From: Candidatus Eiseniibacteriota bacterium
GTDB taxonomy: Bacteria > Eisenbacteria > RBG-16-71-46 > JABDJR01
Length of the DNA: 64,000 bases
Assembly: GCA_963762255.1 (NCBI GenBank)
Contig: CAVXKA010000003.1
Location: 32,001 to 96,000 of the forward strand
Reading direction: 5' to 3'
Shown: positions 43,147 through 55,458 of the stretch, in pieces
Layout: each line of letters begins with the position of its first letter
How positions within the stretch are numbered: position 1 is the stretch's first letter
Notes under the pieces: model-generated
Databases searched by the model: none
What the model saw: only the letters and a program-made list of their open reading frames with translations
What the model was told of the DNA's origin: nothing
Translations under genes and position numbers: made by a program

Positions 43147-45600
43147 CTAGCCTTCCAACTGAATCAGGGTGGCTCCGGTTCCACCATCCCACTGGTCGGC
43201 CATGCGGGCCGAGGCCACCCCCGTGTGCGCGCGACAGAATTCCTTTACCGCGTCGCGCAGGGCGCCCGTCCCCTTCCCGTGGATGACCCGCACTTCCTTG
43301 AGCCCGGCGAGCATGGCCTGGTCAAGGGCTCGATCCAGCTTCTCGATCGCCTCGTCCACCCGCATACCCCGAAGATCCACCTCCACGGGGGGACGCTCCA
43401 CCTCGGGGACGGTCACGCCCCCGCCCCGAACCGGCTTGGACTCAGTCGGGGCCGCGCTCTCGCCCACGATACGCAGCGATTCCAGGGGGAGTTCCACCTT
43501 GAGCCCCCCCTGCACGACCAGCACCCGTCCGGCGGCGTCCGGCGCCCGCGCGATCTCGACCTCACGCCCGAGGGCCTCCGCCCAGTAGCGCTCTCCCTCG
43601 CGCACGCGGTCGGGAACGCTCCCGTGCGCCGCGGCCGTCTTGCGCGGGGTTTCGAGACGGGCCAACTTGGCCTGCTCGCGCGCATGCTCGCGGGCAAGCT
43701 CGCGGCGCTCGGCGTCGGTGAGGCGGCCCTTGAGCCGAACCTGAGCCTCGGTGCGGCGCACCGACTCCTCCGCACGGCGCAGGATCTCCCGAGCTTGACG
43801 CGCGGCCCTGGCGCGCAACGTGCCGCGCTCCTCGAGGAGCCGCTCCAGTCCTTCCTTGCGCTCGCGCTCGAACCCCTGGGCGCTGTGCTGCGCGCGTTCT
43901 GCTTCCTCGCGAGCCGCCGCGAGCTTGCGGCGCTCCTCGGCGAGCTCGTCGAGGAGTCGGCTCACGTCGCGCTCCTCCTGCGGCAGGAGTGCCTCGGCGC
44001 GCGCCACGCGTTCTTCGGGGAAACCCAGCCGGCGCGCCATCTCCAGGGCGTGGCTCTTGCCCGGCACCCCGACGATGAGTCGGTAAGTGGGCCGGCGCGT
44101 GTCGGGGTCGAACACCATCGACGCGTTCTTCACCCCTTCCGCGGACGCCGCGAATCCCTTCAGCGATCCCAGGTGCGTGGTCACGAGTCCCATCGCGTGC
44201 TTCTCGAGCAGCCGCTCCAGCACGCTCTGCGCGAGCGCGGCGCCCTCGGCGGGGTCCGTTCCCGAACCCAACTCATCCAGCAGCACGAGCGTGCGGGGCC
44301 CCGCCTCGCGCAGCGCCTCGCCCCAGCGCTGGAGATGCGCGCCGAAGGTGCTGAGGTCGGCCGCGAGGCTCTGCTCGTCGCCGAGGCTCACCACCCAGCG
44401 ATCCACCCAGGGCAGCTCGCACTCGGGGTCGGCGGGGATGAGGCATCCCGACTGCGCCATCGCGCAGAGAAGTCCGACCGCCTTCAGCGCCACGGTCTTT
44501 CCGCCCATGTTGGGACCGGTCAAGAGGAGCACGCGCGTGCTCTCGTCGAGCGACACCTCAAGCGGCACCACCGCCGCGCGCGCTGCGGCGAGATCGCCCC
44601 CCGCCCGGCGCGCATCGAGCAGCAGCGGATGGCGCGCGCCCTTCAATCGCAGACGGCGATCCTCGGTCAGGGCCGGCCGCTCGCATCCCCAGCGCAGCGC
44701 GAGCAGCGCGCGCGCGCGCAGCGTGTCCAGCTCCGCGATGCGTTCCGCGTCGGCCTCCAGCGTCGCGCGCTCCAGGAAGAAACGCTTCGTGAGATCGGCG
44801 AGCAGGCGGCGGATCTCCGCGCGCTCCTCGGCATCCAGCTCGCGGAGCCCGTTGTTCGCCTCGACGATCTCCATCGGCTCGATGAAGAAGGTCTGCCCGG
44901 AGGCGGAGCGATCCTGCACGATCCCCGGGGTGCGGGCCTTGTGGGACTGCGGGACCGCCAGCACGTAGCGCCCCTCGCGCAGGGTGACCAGCGTGGCCGC
45001 ATCCTGCTCCACGATCTTCGCCGCGAGCCGCTCCATGCGGGCGCGCAGGTGCTCGCGGCGGCTCTCGCGATCGCGACGGATGCGGCGCAGGTCGGAACTC
45101 GCCGAGTCCTTGATCTCCCCGGAGGGATCGAAGGTCGCTTCCAGCGCGCGCTCGAGATGGGGAAAGGGAGTGAGGGGATCGCCGAGAGCGGCGAGATCGC
45201 GCCACGCCTCGCGCGCGGCGCCGAGCACGCTCTTGGACACGCGCACGGCGGCGAGCAAAGGAGCCAGAAGCTGAAATTCCTCCGCGGTGAGCACGCTCCC
45301 CTCGGCGCGCAGACGCGAGAAGGCCGCGCGCAGGTCGCCCACCTCGAACGGCGGAAGTCCTCTCCCCTCCTCGTGGCGCTGGCGCAGGGCGGCGACGAGA
45401 GAAAGCGTCTCCTCTGCATCGTCGAGATCCGCGAAGGGCGCAAGCGCGTCGAGGCGACGCCGCCCTTCATAGGAGGATGCGAGCCCGCTCAAGATCTCCC
45501 GCAGGCGGGGGAACTCGAGACGATCGAGCCCGTCTCCCGGCGCTTCGCCCCGTGGGGACGAGCGGCCGGGCTCAGTGGGGAGAGCGGTCTCCGGATGCAA
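43147..45600 (-). CDS. mutS2: Endonuclease MutS2
   Basis: TGPNMGGKT, LDELGSGTDP and C-terminal Smr domain IHGKGTG. Confidence 0.95.
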   Translation of the reverse strand: MHPETALPTEPGRSSPRGEAPGDGLDRLEFPRLREILSGLASSYEGRRRLDALAPFADLDDAEETLSLVAALRQRHEEGRGLPPFEVGDLRAAFSRLRAEGSVLTAEEFQLLAPLLAAVRVSKSVLGAAREAWRDLAALGDPLTPFPHLERALEATFDPSGEIKDSASSDLRRIRRDRESRREHLRARMERLAAKIVEQDAATLVTLREGRYVLAVPQSHKARTPGIVQDRSASGQTFFIEPMEIVEANNGLRELDAEERAEIRRLLADLTKRFFLERATLEADAERIAELDTLRARALLALRWGCERPALTEDRRLRLKGARHPLLLDARRAGGDLAAARAAVVPLEVSLDESTRVLLLTGPNMGGKTVALKAVGLLCAMAQSGCLIPADPECELPWVDRWVVSLGDEQSLAADLSTFGAHLQRWGEALREAGPRTLVLLDELGSGTDPAEGAALAQSVLERLLEKHAMGLVTTHLGSLKGFAASAEGVKNASMVFDPDTRRPTYRLIVGVPGKSHALEMARRLGFPEERVARAEALLPQEERDVSRLLDELAEERRKLAAAREEAERAQHSAQGFERERKEGLERLLEERGTLRARAARQAREILRRAEESVRRTEAQVRLKGRLTDAERRELAREHAREQAKLARLETPRKTAAAHGSVPDRVREGERYWAEALGREVEIARAPDAAGRVLVVQGGLKVELPLESLRIVGESAAPTESKPVRGGGVTVPEVERPPVEVDLRGMRVDEAIEKLDRALDQAMLAGLKEVRVIHGKGTGALRDAVKEFCRAHTGVASARMADQWDGGTGATLIQLEG

Positions 45601-45624
45601 AATGATTGCTCCAGACCTGAGAAA

Positions 45625-45658
45625 GAACGGAGCCCGCTCGTGGAGTCGGGCTCCGTTC
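45625..45658 (-). terminator. Terminator after rpsU
   Basis: Perfect 12-bp stem GAACGGAGCCCG/CGGGCTCCGTTC followed by TTTCT. Confidence 0.7.
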
Positions 45659-45747
45659 AGATGCTTCCCTTGGGCCGCACCGCCGCATTGAAGCTAGCGG
45701 CGCCGCTCTGGGACGAGTGTCTACTGTTTAACCGCAGCGCGCTGAAG

Positions 45748-45945
45748 CTAGCCCAGTTGTTGGGCCTGCTGCTTCAGCATCTTGCGCCGCGCCGCCGCGA
45801 CTTTGCGCTTGCGGCGTTCGCTGGGCTTCTCGAAGTGTTGGTGGCGGCGAAGATCCGAAAGGATCCCGGCCTTCTCGCACTTCTTCTTGAAGCGTCGGAG
45901 CGCCCCCTCAAAGGACTCTCCCTCCTTGACGCGGATTCCAGCCAT
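45748..45945 (-). CDS. rpsU: 30S ribosomal protein bS21
   Basis: [21 protein letters not shown]...FEKPSERRK. Confidence 0.96.
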   Translation of the reverse strand: MAGIRVKEGESFEGALRRFKKKCEKAGILSDLRRHQHFEKPSERRKRKVAAARRKMLKQQAQQLG

Positions 45946-45975
45946 GCAGTTAATCACCCCTAACTTCGTAAGCTT

Positions 45976-46161
45976 TTTCGGGAAAGAACCTAGCTCCTCT
46001 CCCTTCGACCTTTGTCTGAAGATCCGGCCCCGGATCGATCCCCATCGGCACCTCGCAATCAGGGCGCACTATCCCTGCGTCGCGAGTGCAGATGCCTGGA
46101 AAGCCAATGGTTGGGGGAACCACCGAGGGCAAACCAACAGCGGGAAAGAGGATACCCGAAA
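45976..46161 (-). ncRNA. Rod-shaped structured RNA (6S-like or rpsU leader)
   Basis: Nested stems TTTCGGG/CCCGAAA, TCCTCTTTCCC/GGGAGAGGA, GGCAT/GTGCC, CTCGCGA/TTGCGAG and CAGGG/CCCTG over 186 nt. Confidence 0.45.
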
Positions 46162-46174
46162 TCCCCTCTGGCTG

Positions 46175-46993
46175 TCAAACCCGATTTGGAGCGGAACCGA
46201 ACTCTCCCAGCACCGTTAGTGCCGCCGCCAGAAGGGTTTGGGAGGCTGTCTCGGCGCGGAGTCGGTGCCCCCCCAGGCGGACGAACCGGGCACCGGCCCG
46301 TTCCAGGATCCCCATCTCCTCCGGAGCCAGTCCTCCCTCGGGGCCGACCACCAGAACCAGGAGGCCCGACGGCGTTTGCCGCGCGGCCTCGGCGGGATCC
46401 TCTCCGGCCGGATCGGCGGCCCAGAGAGAGCGACCGGCGGGGAGCATCGCCAGGAACGTGTCGAGATCCGCCGGCGGGGCCACATCGAGGAGCCGCGCCC
46501 GCTTCGACTGCTTCAGAGACTCGATGGCGATGCGGTGCCAGCGTTCCTGCTTCGCGCCGTCTTCGTGCGGGCGCGCCACGCAGCGCTTGAGGAGAAGCGG
46601 AATGAACCGCGTCGCCCCCAACTCGCTCGCCTTCTCGATCACCGCGTCCATGCGGGTCGAGCGCAGAACGCCCGCGCCGAGCCAGATCGGACGCGATGGC
46701 CATTCCGAGAGCGCCTCCTCGCGTTCGATCTCGACATCCAGGCCGCGCCGGTCCAAGGCGGCGATGTGCCCGTGGTAGCGCTTCCCGCACCCGTCCACGA
46801 GCGAGACCGCATCGCCGCTACGCAGGCGAAGGCTGTTGACGGCGTGCGCCGCCTCTCCCCCCTCGATGCGCGCCCGCCGTCCGGCGCCGGATGGAGCATC
46901 GAGGTAGAGCACTTGCTCGGGCTCGCCGGCATGCATCGAGGATTCCCCGCGGCCTTCCTCGGATCCGCCGCGCCGATCCCGGCGCCCTCCCAT
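46175..46993 (-). CDS. rsmE: 16S rRNA m3U1498 methyltransferase
   Basis: [13 protein letters not shown] and LGGHRLRAETA. The start may be 46936. Confidence 0.93.
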   Translation of the reverse strand: MGGRRDRRGGSEEGRGESSMHAGEPEQVLYLDAPSGAGRRARIEGGEAAHAVNSLRLRSGDAVSLVDGCGKRYHGHIAALDRRGLDVEIEREEALSEWPSRPIWLGAGVLRSTRMDAVIEKASELGATRFIPLLLKRCVARPHEDGAKQERWHRIAIESLKQSKRARLLDVAPPADLDTFLAMLPAGRSLWAADPAGEDPAEAARQTPSGLLVLVVGPEGGLAPEEMGILERAGARFVRLGGHRLRAETASQTLLAAALTVLGEFGSAPNRV

Positions 46994-48102
46994 CAGCGAG
47001 AGTCCTTCCCGCCGCCCCGCTCCTCTTCGGCAAGAAGCTGTTCATAGAGCTTGCGGCGAGCGCGGTCGAGCGATTCGGGAATCGCGATCTCCACCTTCAC
47101 GAGTTGGCTCCCCCGCGAGCCGCCGTGCAGCGCGGGCAGACCCTTCCCCTTCAGGCGCAGCAGTGTTCCCTGCTGCACGCCGGTCGGCACGTCGAGGGTG
47201 GCGCTCCCATCCAGGGTCTCCACCGTCACCTTGCCGCCCAGAGTGGCGCGGGCGGGGCCGATGCGAAGCACGGTGACGAGATCCTTCCCGTGGCGCTCGA
47301 ACCCCTCGCGCTCCTTCACCTCGATCAGCACCTGAAGATCCCCCGCCGACGCTCCTCGCGCGCCCGCGTCACCCTGGCCGCGCAGGTTCATGTAGTCGCC
47401 GGTGCTCACACCCGGCGGGACCTCCACCGTCACCATCGACTCGCCCTCGACGCGACCGTCGCCGCGGCACGTCGGGCATGCACGCTTGTGGCTGCGCCCC
47501 CGTCCCTGGCACTGCGGGCACGCGCCCACGCTCACGAACTGACCGAGGAAGGAGCGCTGCACCCGCTGCACCCGACCGCTGCCCTTGCAGACGCTGCAGG
47601 TTTCGGGCTCCGCACCCTCCGCGCCACCCGTGCCTCCGCAAGGCTCGCACGCCAGCGCGCGCCGAACCTTGATCTTGCGGCTCGTGCCGGCCAGCACGTC
47701 CTCGAGGGCGAGCGTCAAACGGACGCGCCGATCGTCGCCGCGATCGAAGTCGGCCGGGCTCGGACCGCCCATGCCCATCCCCATCCCGAAAACGTCCCCG
47801 AAGTCGCGCATGAACCCGCGGAGCGCGTCCTGCAGATCGAACTCGGCGCCGAAGCCGGGGCCGGCGCCCGGGCCGGCGCGAAGTCCGGCGTGGCCGTACC
47901 GGTCGTAGACCGCGCGTTTCTCGTCGTGACCGAGAACCTCATAGGCCTCGGCGGCCTGCTTGAACATGGCTTCCGCCCCGTGGTCGCCAGGGTTGCGGTC
48001 GGGGTGGAACTGCATGGCGAGGCTGCGGTAGGCCTTCTTGATCTCTTCGACGGTGGCCGTGCGTTCGACGCCGAGCACTTCGTAGTAGTCGCGCTGGGTC
48101 AT
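46993..48102 (-). CDS. dnaJ: Chaperone DnaJ
   Basis: HPD motif, G/F-rich region and four CxxCxGxG repeats. Confidence 0.96.
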   Translation of the reverse strand: MTQRDYYEVLGVERTATVEEIKKAYRSLAMQFHPDRNPGDHGAEAMFKQAAEAYEVLGHDEKRAVYDRYGHAGLRAGPGAGPGFGAEFDLQDALRGFMRDFGDVFGMGMGMGGPSPADFDRGDDRRVRLTLALEDVLAGTSRKIKVRRALACEPCGGTGGAEGAEPETCSVCKGSGRVQRVQRSFLGQFVSVGACPQCQGRGRSHKRACPTCRGDGRVEGESMVTVEVPPGVSTGDYMNLRGQGDAGARGASAGDLQVLIEVKEREGFERHGKDLVTVLRIGPARATLGGKVTVETLDGSATLDVPTGVQQGTLLRLKGKGLPALHGGSRGSQLVKVEIAIPESLDRARRKLYEQLLAEEERGGGKDSR

Positions 48103-48109
48103 GTCCTGC

Positions 48110-49158
48110 TCACGATTGCGCGGGGGTCGGGGGGATCGCGTCGGCAGCGGCCAGCTCGCGGCGCAATCCCGCCAGCACCGCCTCGACCGCCTGGTCGAGC
48201 GGTCCCGGCATGGTTGCCCCCGATGCGAGCACGTGACCTCCCCCGCCGAAATCAGCCGCCACGCGGTTCACGTTCATCCGCCCGCGCGAGCGCAGGCTCA
48301 CCTTGATTCGACCGTCCTCGTGCTCCATGAGGAGCGCGAGCCCTTCGCACCCGCTGGCGCTGCGGGCGATGTCCACGAAACCCTCGGTATCCGCCGGCAC
48401 CGCGCCGCACTCGCGAACCAGTTCGCGCGGCAGGACGACGAGCAGGATGCGTCCGCCCTCTTCCGCGCGCATGCGGGTGAGGGCCGCCCCGAGGAGCCGC
48501 AGCCGCTCCATGCTCGAGTTGCCGTAGACGTTCTCGTAGGTTTCGTTGGGGTCGAGGCCCAGGCTCAGCAATTCCCCCGCCGCCACGTGCGCACGTTGGT
48601 CGGTGTTCGCCGAATCGGAACGAACCGGTGTCGGTCAGGATGGAGACATAGAAGCCGAGCGCCATCCGCCGGTCGACCGGATGTCCGAGCCGTCGGATCA
48701 ATTCGTAGACGAGCTGGCCGGTGGCGGCCGCCGAAAGATCCACCAGGTAGTGATCGGCCATCCCGTTGTTCTCGAAGGGATGATGGTCGACGCAGACCTT
48801 GAGCGCGTTCGAGGTGCGCAGCTTCGCACCCAGATCGCCCAGCCGCTCCCACCTCGAGATGTCCAGCACGACCACGACTTCGTTCAAGTCGATCGCCGCA
48901 TCGTGCGCGGCCGGATCGTAGACCTCGAACGGAGCCTCCCGGGCCAGGAATGCGTACCGCGCGGGAAGCGGGTCCGCGTTGAGGATTCGAGCCGTCCTTG
49001 CCGCGCGATTTCAGGTATGCCCAAAGGCCGAGCTCCGCCCCCAGGCCGTCTCCGTCCGGGTTGACGTGGGTCGTCACCACAAACCGGTGATGGCGGTCGA
49101 AGGCCTCGCCCACGGCCTCCCAGTTCAGGACGGGGGTGTCGTCTTTGCGTTCATGCAT
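48110..49158 (-). CDS. nrnA: DHH/DHHA1 oligoribonuclease/PAP phosphatase (two frameshifts)
   Basis: [22 protein letters not shown] and GGGGH spread across three ORFs. Confidence 0.88.
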
Positions 49159-49305
49159 AAGGGGAGGGAGTGTATCGAGGCGCCGTGGACGGGTCAACGA
49201 CTCCCACCCGACTTGTCCCTTGCGCGCGGCGGCGAATCACGGCACCATGGTGCGCTAACTTTTTCGCTCGAAAGAGCCATCGGGACACGGGAGGAGAGGA
49301 CGAGC

Positions 49306-50654
<1,349 letters not shown>

Positions 50655-50698
50655 ATCGCGCAACGGCTCGACACGTTCGCGCGATCGGTCGCACCGCG

Positions 50699-50724
50699 AG
50701 CGCCGCCCGGAAACGGGCGGCGCT
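50699..50724. terminator. Hairpin between convergent icd and EamA genes
   Basis: AGCGCCGCCCG-GAAA-CGGGCGGCGCT. Confidence 0.65.
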
Positions 50725-50759
50725 TCGCATTTTCGGAACGCGCGTCCCCACGGCTCCCC

Positions 50760-51593
50760 TCAGCGCCTCTCCGCCACCAAGATCCCGGCGAGGATGAGCG
50801 CGCCCCCCACCCACTGCACCGGCAGGAGCGTCTCTCCCAGGATCAGGTACGAGAAGACGGCGGCGAACACCGGCTCCGCGGCGAAGATCACCGCCGTCCG
50901 CGGGGCGGTCGTGTCTTTCTGGTACCGGTTCTGCAAATAGATCGACGCGCCAAGGATGGGACCGGTGACGATGATTCCCCAGATGAGCCCGGGTCCCCAG
51001 TGCACCGGCCCGTGCTGGAACAGCGCCATCGACGGGAAGAGGACGCACATCAGGAGGAACTGGTGCAGCACCAGATCCTCGTAAGGGTGCCGGCGCGAGG
51101 CGATCTCGAGATAGATGATGTAGAGCGCGCAGGAGAGCGCGGTGATCAGGGTGAGGGCATCGCCACGGTTGAGGCCTCCCGCCTCGGGGCGGGTCAGGAG
51201 ATAGAGCCCGCCACCGGCGATGGCGGCGCCCGTCGCGGGCCACAGCCCCGGCCGTCTCCGCGTGATGAGCGGATAGAGGAGCGGCGTGAGCACCACGGCG
51301 AGGCCGGTGATGAAGGCGCTTCGCGTGGAGGTGGTGTAGACGAGCCCGAGCGTCTGCGTGAAGAACGAGATCGCGAGAAAGGCGCTCAGGATCGCCCCTG
51401 CGCCCAGCGTGCGACGGCTCGGCCTCCTCCATCGCAACAGCGGCCAGAGGAGGAGCATCGCCAGCGGGAAGCGCACGGCGAGAAACACAAGAGGGGGAGC
51501 GTCGGCGAGCGCCCCCTTGATCATCGGAAACGTGAGCCCCCACGCCACCGTCACCAGGAAGAGCACCGCCTCTGCGCGGCGGGCGGGCGACAT
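50760..51593 (-). CDS. DMT/EamA-family transporter
   Basis: About 10 TM helices with WGLTF, SAFIT and EPVFA motifs. Confidence 0.9.
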   Translation of the reverse strand: MSPARRAEAVLFLVTVAWGLTFPMIKGALADAPPLVFLAVRFPLAMLLLWPLLRWRRPSRRTLGAGAILSAFLAISFFTQTLGLVYTTSTRSAFITGLAVVLTPLLYPLITRRRPGLWPATGAAIAGGGLYLLTRPEAGGLNRGDALTLITALSCALYIIYLEIASRRHPYEDLVLHQFLLMCVLFPSMALFQHGPVHWGPGLIWGIIVTGPILGASIYLQNRYQKDTTAPRTAVIFAAEPVFAAVFSYLILGETLLPVQWVGGALILAGILVAERR

Positions 51594-52042
51594 CAATAGT
51601 CCTGGAGGAGAACCTCTTTGGAGTAGATCATGTCGTCCAGCGACGTCGTGTTGAACTCGTACATCTTGCTCATCTCGATCGCGGCCTTGGGGCAGGCCTC
51701 CTCACAGTATCCGCAATTGATGCACCGGCCCATGTGGATCTTGAAATCGACCGGGTAGCGCTCCTTGACCCGGTCGGTCTCCCCCGCCTGCAATTCGATA
51801 GCGTTGGGGGGGCAGACCACCGCGCACAGCCCGCAGGCCACGCACTTCTCCTGGCCGTGCTCGTCCATGACCAGCCTCGGGTAGCCACGGAAGCGGGTGG
51901 CCATCTTCCACCGCTCCTCGGGGTACTGCATCGTGAACGGCTTGGAGAAGAACTGCCGCAGCGTAACGCTGTAGCCCCTCACCAGCTCGGGAAGGACGAG
52001 CCGCTCACCCAACGTCTGCCGGTATCTCTTTTCGATGAGCAC
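51593..52042 (-). CDS. nuoI: NADH-quinone oxidoreductase subunit I
   Basis: TMQYPEE, CVACGLCAVVCP and CINCGYCEEACP. Confidence 0.95.
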   Translation of the reverse strand: MLIEKRYRQTLGERLVLPELVRGYSVTLRQFFSKPFTMQYPEERWKMATRFRGYPRLVMDEHGQEKCVACGLCAVVCPPNAIELQAGETDRVKERYPVDFKIHMGRCINCGYCEEACPKAAIEMSKMYEFNTTSLDDMIYSKEVLLQDY

Positions 52043-52099
52043 GTTCTGGCCTTTCTTCTCGGATGCGCGAGCGCGCCGCGCCCGCCACCGACCTCGCCG

Positions 52100-54190
52100 C
52101 TAACGCGACCCCGCGGCAGTCAGGGCTTTAGCTCCCTCGCCGCGAGCACCGACCTTCATGATCTTGCCGTAGTCGAGTCCCGCGTAGGCGGGGACATCCC
52201 GCGAGAGCTCGCGGAAGACCTCTGCCGGCTGCGGTCCCTTGAGCTTCACCCCCACCGCCGCCGCCAACCGATGCAGGGTCTGCAGGAGCGTGGGAGCCAT
52301 GGGCGCGATGTTGCGGCGGGCGAGCTGCACCACGCCGTCGGCCGTCGTGTACGTGGCATCCATCTCGGCGAAGCTCGTGGTCGGGATCACCACATGGGCG
52401 AACTCCGACACCTCGTCCGCGAACAGATCGAAGGCGGCCACGAACGGCGCCCGAGCCAGCAGCGCCTTCTCTTCCGGGGAGAACTTCCATCGCGCCGGAC
52501 GTCCGGAGTTCACGAGGAAGAGAGCGCGGATCCTCCCGTCGCCGGCCGCCGCCATCATCTCGTTCCACTCGAACCCGTGCTCTGGGGTGACCCGACCGCC
52601 CCACTTCGTCTTCCAGACCTGCGCTTCGTCCTGCGCGATCGGGCGCTGCCCGGGGAAGTAGTGGGGCGAGATGCCGAGCATCGTCGCCGCCCCCGCGTTC
52701 CCCCCCTCATCGAGAACGAGGGTTCGCCAGGTCGCATCCTTGGCCCCGCTCCCGAGGAGCGACTCCAGCGCCTCGACGGACGCGATGTTCTGGACGCCGC
52801 CGTTCAGCAGAACCGCCAGCTTCTTGACCCCCGCCAGCTTTCCGGCCAGACCCTCGGTCGCGTGCCCCTGCAGCTTGGAGCCCAGCTCCTGGATCCAGGC
52901 GGCCAGGCGCGTGGGAGGCACGCGTTCGCTGTGGGCCGCATCGAGGTCGAGGCTCCCCGCGTCGGGAGTCGCCACGAAGAGCTGCACGCCCTTCTGGCGC
53001 GCGGCCTTGCGCACGCGCAGCGAGTACACGGGGTGGGTTCTTTCCAGATCGCCGCCGAGAATCAGAATGGCGTCGACACTCTCGATCTGCGTAATGGAAT
53101 CGAGAAGCCGCCCGCGACGGGCGAGCGCCGCCCGCGCCGACGTGAGCGTCTCGGTGCGGTCGGCGGCCAGGTGATTCGACCCGAGTCCGCTCCGCATGAA
53201 CCGCATGAAGGACCAGTACTCTTCGTTGGCAAGGTGGCGCGAGAAGAGCGCGCCCGCCTGATTCTGGCCGCGTGCCGCCAGCGGCTTCACAGCCTCGGTG
53301 AGCGCCGACAGGGCGTCGGTCCACTCGACCTCGATGAGCTTTCCGTCCACGCGCAGGCGCGGCAGAGCGAGCCGTCCGGGGTCGTTGATGAAGTCGATGT
53401 CGTAGCGGCCGCGGTCACAGAGCCAGTAGTCGTTGACCTGGAGGTTCGGGCGCGAGGTCTGGCGTTCGACCTTCCCCTTCTTGGACCACAGGTACGTGTT
53501 GCAGCCGACCGCGCAGGCGGTGCAGACGCTCTCGGCGGAGGTCATCTCCCAGACCCGGCTCTTGAAGCGGAACTCGCGCGAGGTGAGCGCGCCGACCGGA
53601 CAGAGATCCACCACGTTGCCGCTGAAGGGATCGTCGAAGATCTGACCGGGGGGTGTCCCCACCGTCGTGTAGACGCCGCGGTCGGAGAGCATCATCTGAT
53701 TCGAGCCCGACACCTCCTGGGTGAAGCGGGTGCAGCGCCAGCAGAGAATGCAGCGCTCCTCGTCCAGCATGACATGCTCGCCCAGCTCGACGCGCTTGCC
53801 CTTCTTGACCTTCGCGTCGTTGAGCCGGCTCACGCCGGGGCCGTGATCGAACGCGATGTCCTGGAGCGGGCACTCTCCACCCTGGTCGCAGACCGGGCAG
53901 TCGAGCGGGTGGTTGAGCAGCCAGAACTCGATCACCGACCGGCGGGCCTTTTCCGCCTCCGGTGTATAGAGCCCCACCTCCATGCCGTCCCGGATCTCGG
54001 TGGCGCAGGCGGGGGTCATCTTGGGCTGGCCCTTGATCTGGCAGAGGCACACACGGCAGACCCCCACCACGCGGAGCCCGGGGTGATAGCACATCTGCGG
54101 CACTTCGAGGCCGAGCTTTTCCGCCGCTTGCAGGATCGTCGTCCCGTTGGGAACCTCGACCTCACGCCCGTCGATCTTCACCTTGGCCAT
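52100..54190 (-). CDS. nuoG: NADH-quinone oxidoreductase subunit G
   Basis: HPLDCPVCDQGGECPLQD, CILCWRC, CPVGAL and CTACAVGC...WLCDRGR. Confidence 0.92.
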   Translation of the reverse strand: MAKVKIDGREVEVPNGTTILQAAEKLGLEVPQMCYHPGLRVVGVCRVCLCQIKGQPKMTPACATEIRDGMEVGLYTPEAEKARRSVIEFWLLNHPLDCPVCDQGGECPLQDIAFDHGPGVSRLNDAKVKKGKRVELGEHVMLDEERCILCWRCTRFTQEVSGSNQMMLSDRGVYTTVGTPPGQIFDDPFSGNVVDLCPVGALTSREFRFKSRVWEMTSAESVCTACAVGCNTYLWSKKGKVERQTSRPNLQVNDYWLCDRGRYDIDFINDPGRLALPRLRVDGKLIEVEWTDALSALTEAVKPLAARGQNQAGALFSRHLANEEYWSFMRFMRSGLGSNHLAADRTETLTSARAALARRGRLLDSITQIESVDAILILGGDLERTHPVYSLRVRKAARQKGVQLFVATPDAGSLDLDAAHSERVPPTRLAAWIQELGSKLQGHATEGLAGKLAGVKKLAVLLNGGVQNIASVEALESLLGSGAKDATWRTLVLDEGGNAGAATMLGISPHYFPGQRPIAQDEAQVWKTKWGGRVTPEHGFEWNEMMAAAGDGRIRALFLVNSGRPARWKFSPEEKALLARAPFVAAFDLFADEVSEFAHVVIPTTSFAEMDATYTTADGVVQLARRNIAPMAPTLLQTLHRLAAAVGVKLKGPQPAEVFRELSRDVPAYAGLDYGKIMKVGARGEGAKALTAAGSR

Positions 54191-54214
54191 AACGCGTTCA
54201 AACCTCCCGCCGTC

Positions 54215-55438
54215 TCAGCGGTCCACCTCACCCAGCACGATATCGATGGAGCCCAGACACGCAACCACGTCGGAGAGGAGCCGCCCCTCGACCATGACCG
54301 GCAGGGCCCGCAGGTTGATGAAGGAAGGCGAGCGAATGTGGAGCCGGTAGGCGTGGCTCGTGCCGTCGCCCACGATGTAGAAGGCCAGCTCGCCTTTGGG
54401 GTTCTCGTGAGCGAAGTAGACCTCGCCGGGAGGCGCGGCCACCCCCTCGCTCACGATCTTGAAATGATGGATGAGCTCCTCCATCGACCCGTACACCTTG
54501 TCCTTGGAGGGGAGGCTCACCTTCGGATCCTGGACCTCGAACGGCCCCTCGGGAAGCCCGTCCAGCGCCTGGCGGATGATGCGCAAGCTCTGCCGCATCT
54601 CCTCCATGCGCACCAGGTACCGATCGTAGACATCGCCCACGCTGCCCACCGGGACCTCGAAGTCGAACTTGTCGTAGACCATGTAGGGCGTCTTCTTGCG
54701 CAGATCCCAGTTCACGCCGCTCCCGCGCAACGAGGGACCGGTCAGCGACAGCGCGATCGCCTGGTCGGCGGTGATGATGCCCACGTTCTTCGTGCGCTCG
54801 AGCCAGATCCGGTTCTTGGTGAGCAGATCCTCGTATTCGTCGATCTTGTCAGGCATGTAGTCGAGGAAATTCCGGATCATCTGCTCGATCTCGGGGGTCA
54901 TATCGAAGGCCACGCCCCCGACGCGCGTGAACGAGGTCATCATGCGGGCGCCGGTCAGCGCCTCGAAGATGTTGTAGGCGACCTCGCGCTCGCGGAAGGT
55001 GAGGAAGAACACGGTCATGGCGCCGATATCGAGCGCCCACGTGCCCACGCCCACCAGGTGCGAGGCGACGCGCGCCATCTCCACGCCGATCGTGCGAATG
55101 TACTGCGCCCGGGGCGGGGCCTGAACACCGCAGAGCTTCTCTACGGTGAGCATGTAGGCGGTGTTGTTGGCGAGCTGCGAGAGATAGTCGAGGCGGTCGG
55201 TGTACGGAGTGAACTGGTGGAAGGTCTTCTCCTCCGCCAGCTTCTCCATCCCGCGGTGCAGGTGCCCCATATCGGGCATGCAGTTGATGACCTCTTCCCC
55301 GTCCAACTCGAGGAGCAGGCGCAGCACGCCGTGAGTAGCCGGGTGCTGGGGTCCCATGTTGAGGGTAAAGGTCTTGGTGCGCAGGCCCCTCTGACTGGAG
55401 TCGCGCGCCGCGACGGGTCTGACGTCGGTGGAACTCAC
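54215..55438 (-). CDS. nuoD: NADH-quinone oxidoreductase subunit D
   Basis: NMGPQHPATHGVLRL, DRLDY, ENPKGE and DIVLGEVDR; no NiFe-binding cysteines. Confidence 0.95.
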   Translation of the reverse strand: MSSTDVRPVAARDSSQRGLRTKTFTLNMGPQHPATHGVLRLLLELDGEEVINCMPDMGHLHRGMEKLAEEKTFHQFTPYTDRLDYLSQLANNTAYMLTVEKLCGVQAPPRAQYIRTIGVEMARVASHLVGVGTWALDIGAMTVFFLTFREREVAYNIFEALTGARMMTSFTRVGGVAFDMTPEIEQMIRNFLDYMPDKIDEYEDLLTKNRIWLERTKNVGIITADQAIALSLTGPSLRGSGVNWDLRKKTPYMVYDKFDFEVPVGSVGDVYDRYLVRMEEMRQSLRIIRQALDGLPEGPFEVQDPKVSLPSKDKVYGSMEELIHHFKIVSEGVAAPPGEVYFAHENPKGELAFYIVGDGTSHAYRLHIRSPSFINLRALPVMVEGRLLSDVVACLGSIDIVLGEVDR

Positions 55439-55458
55439 GAATCCCTCCCCCGCACGGG

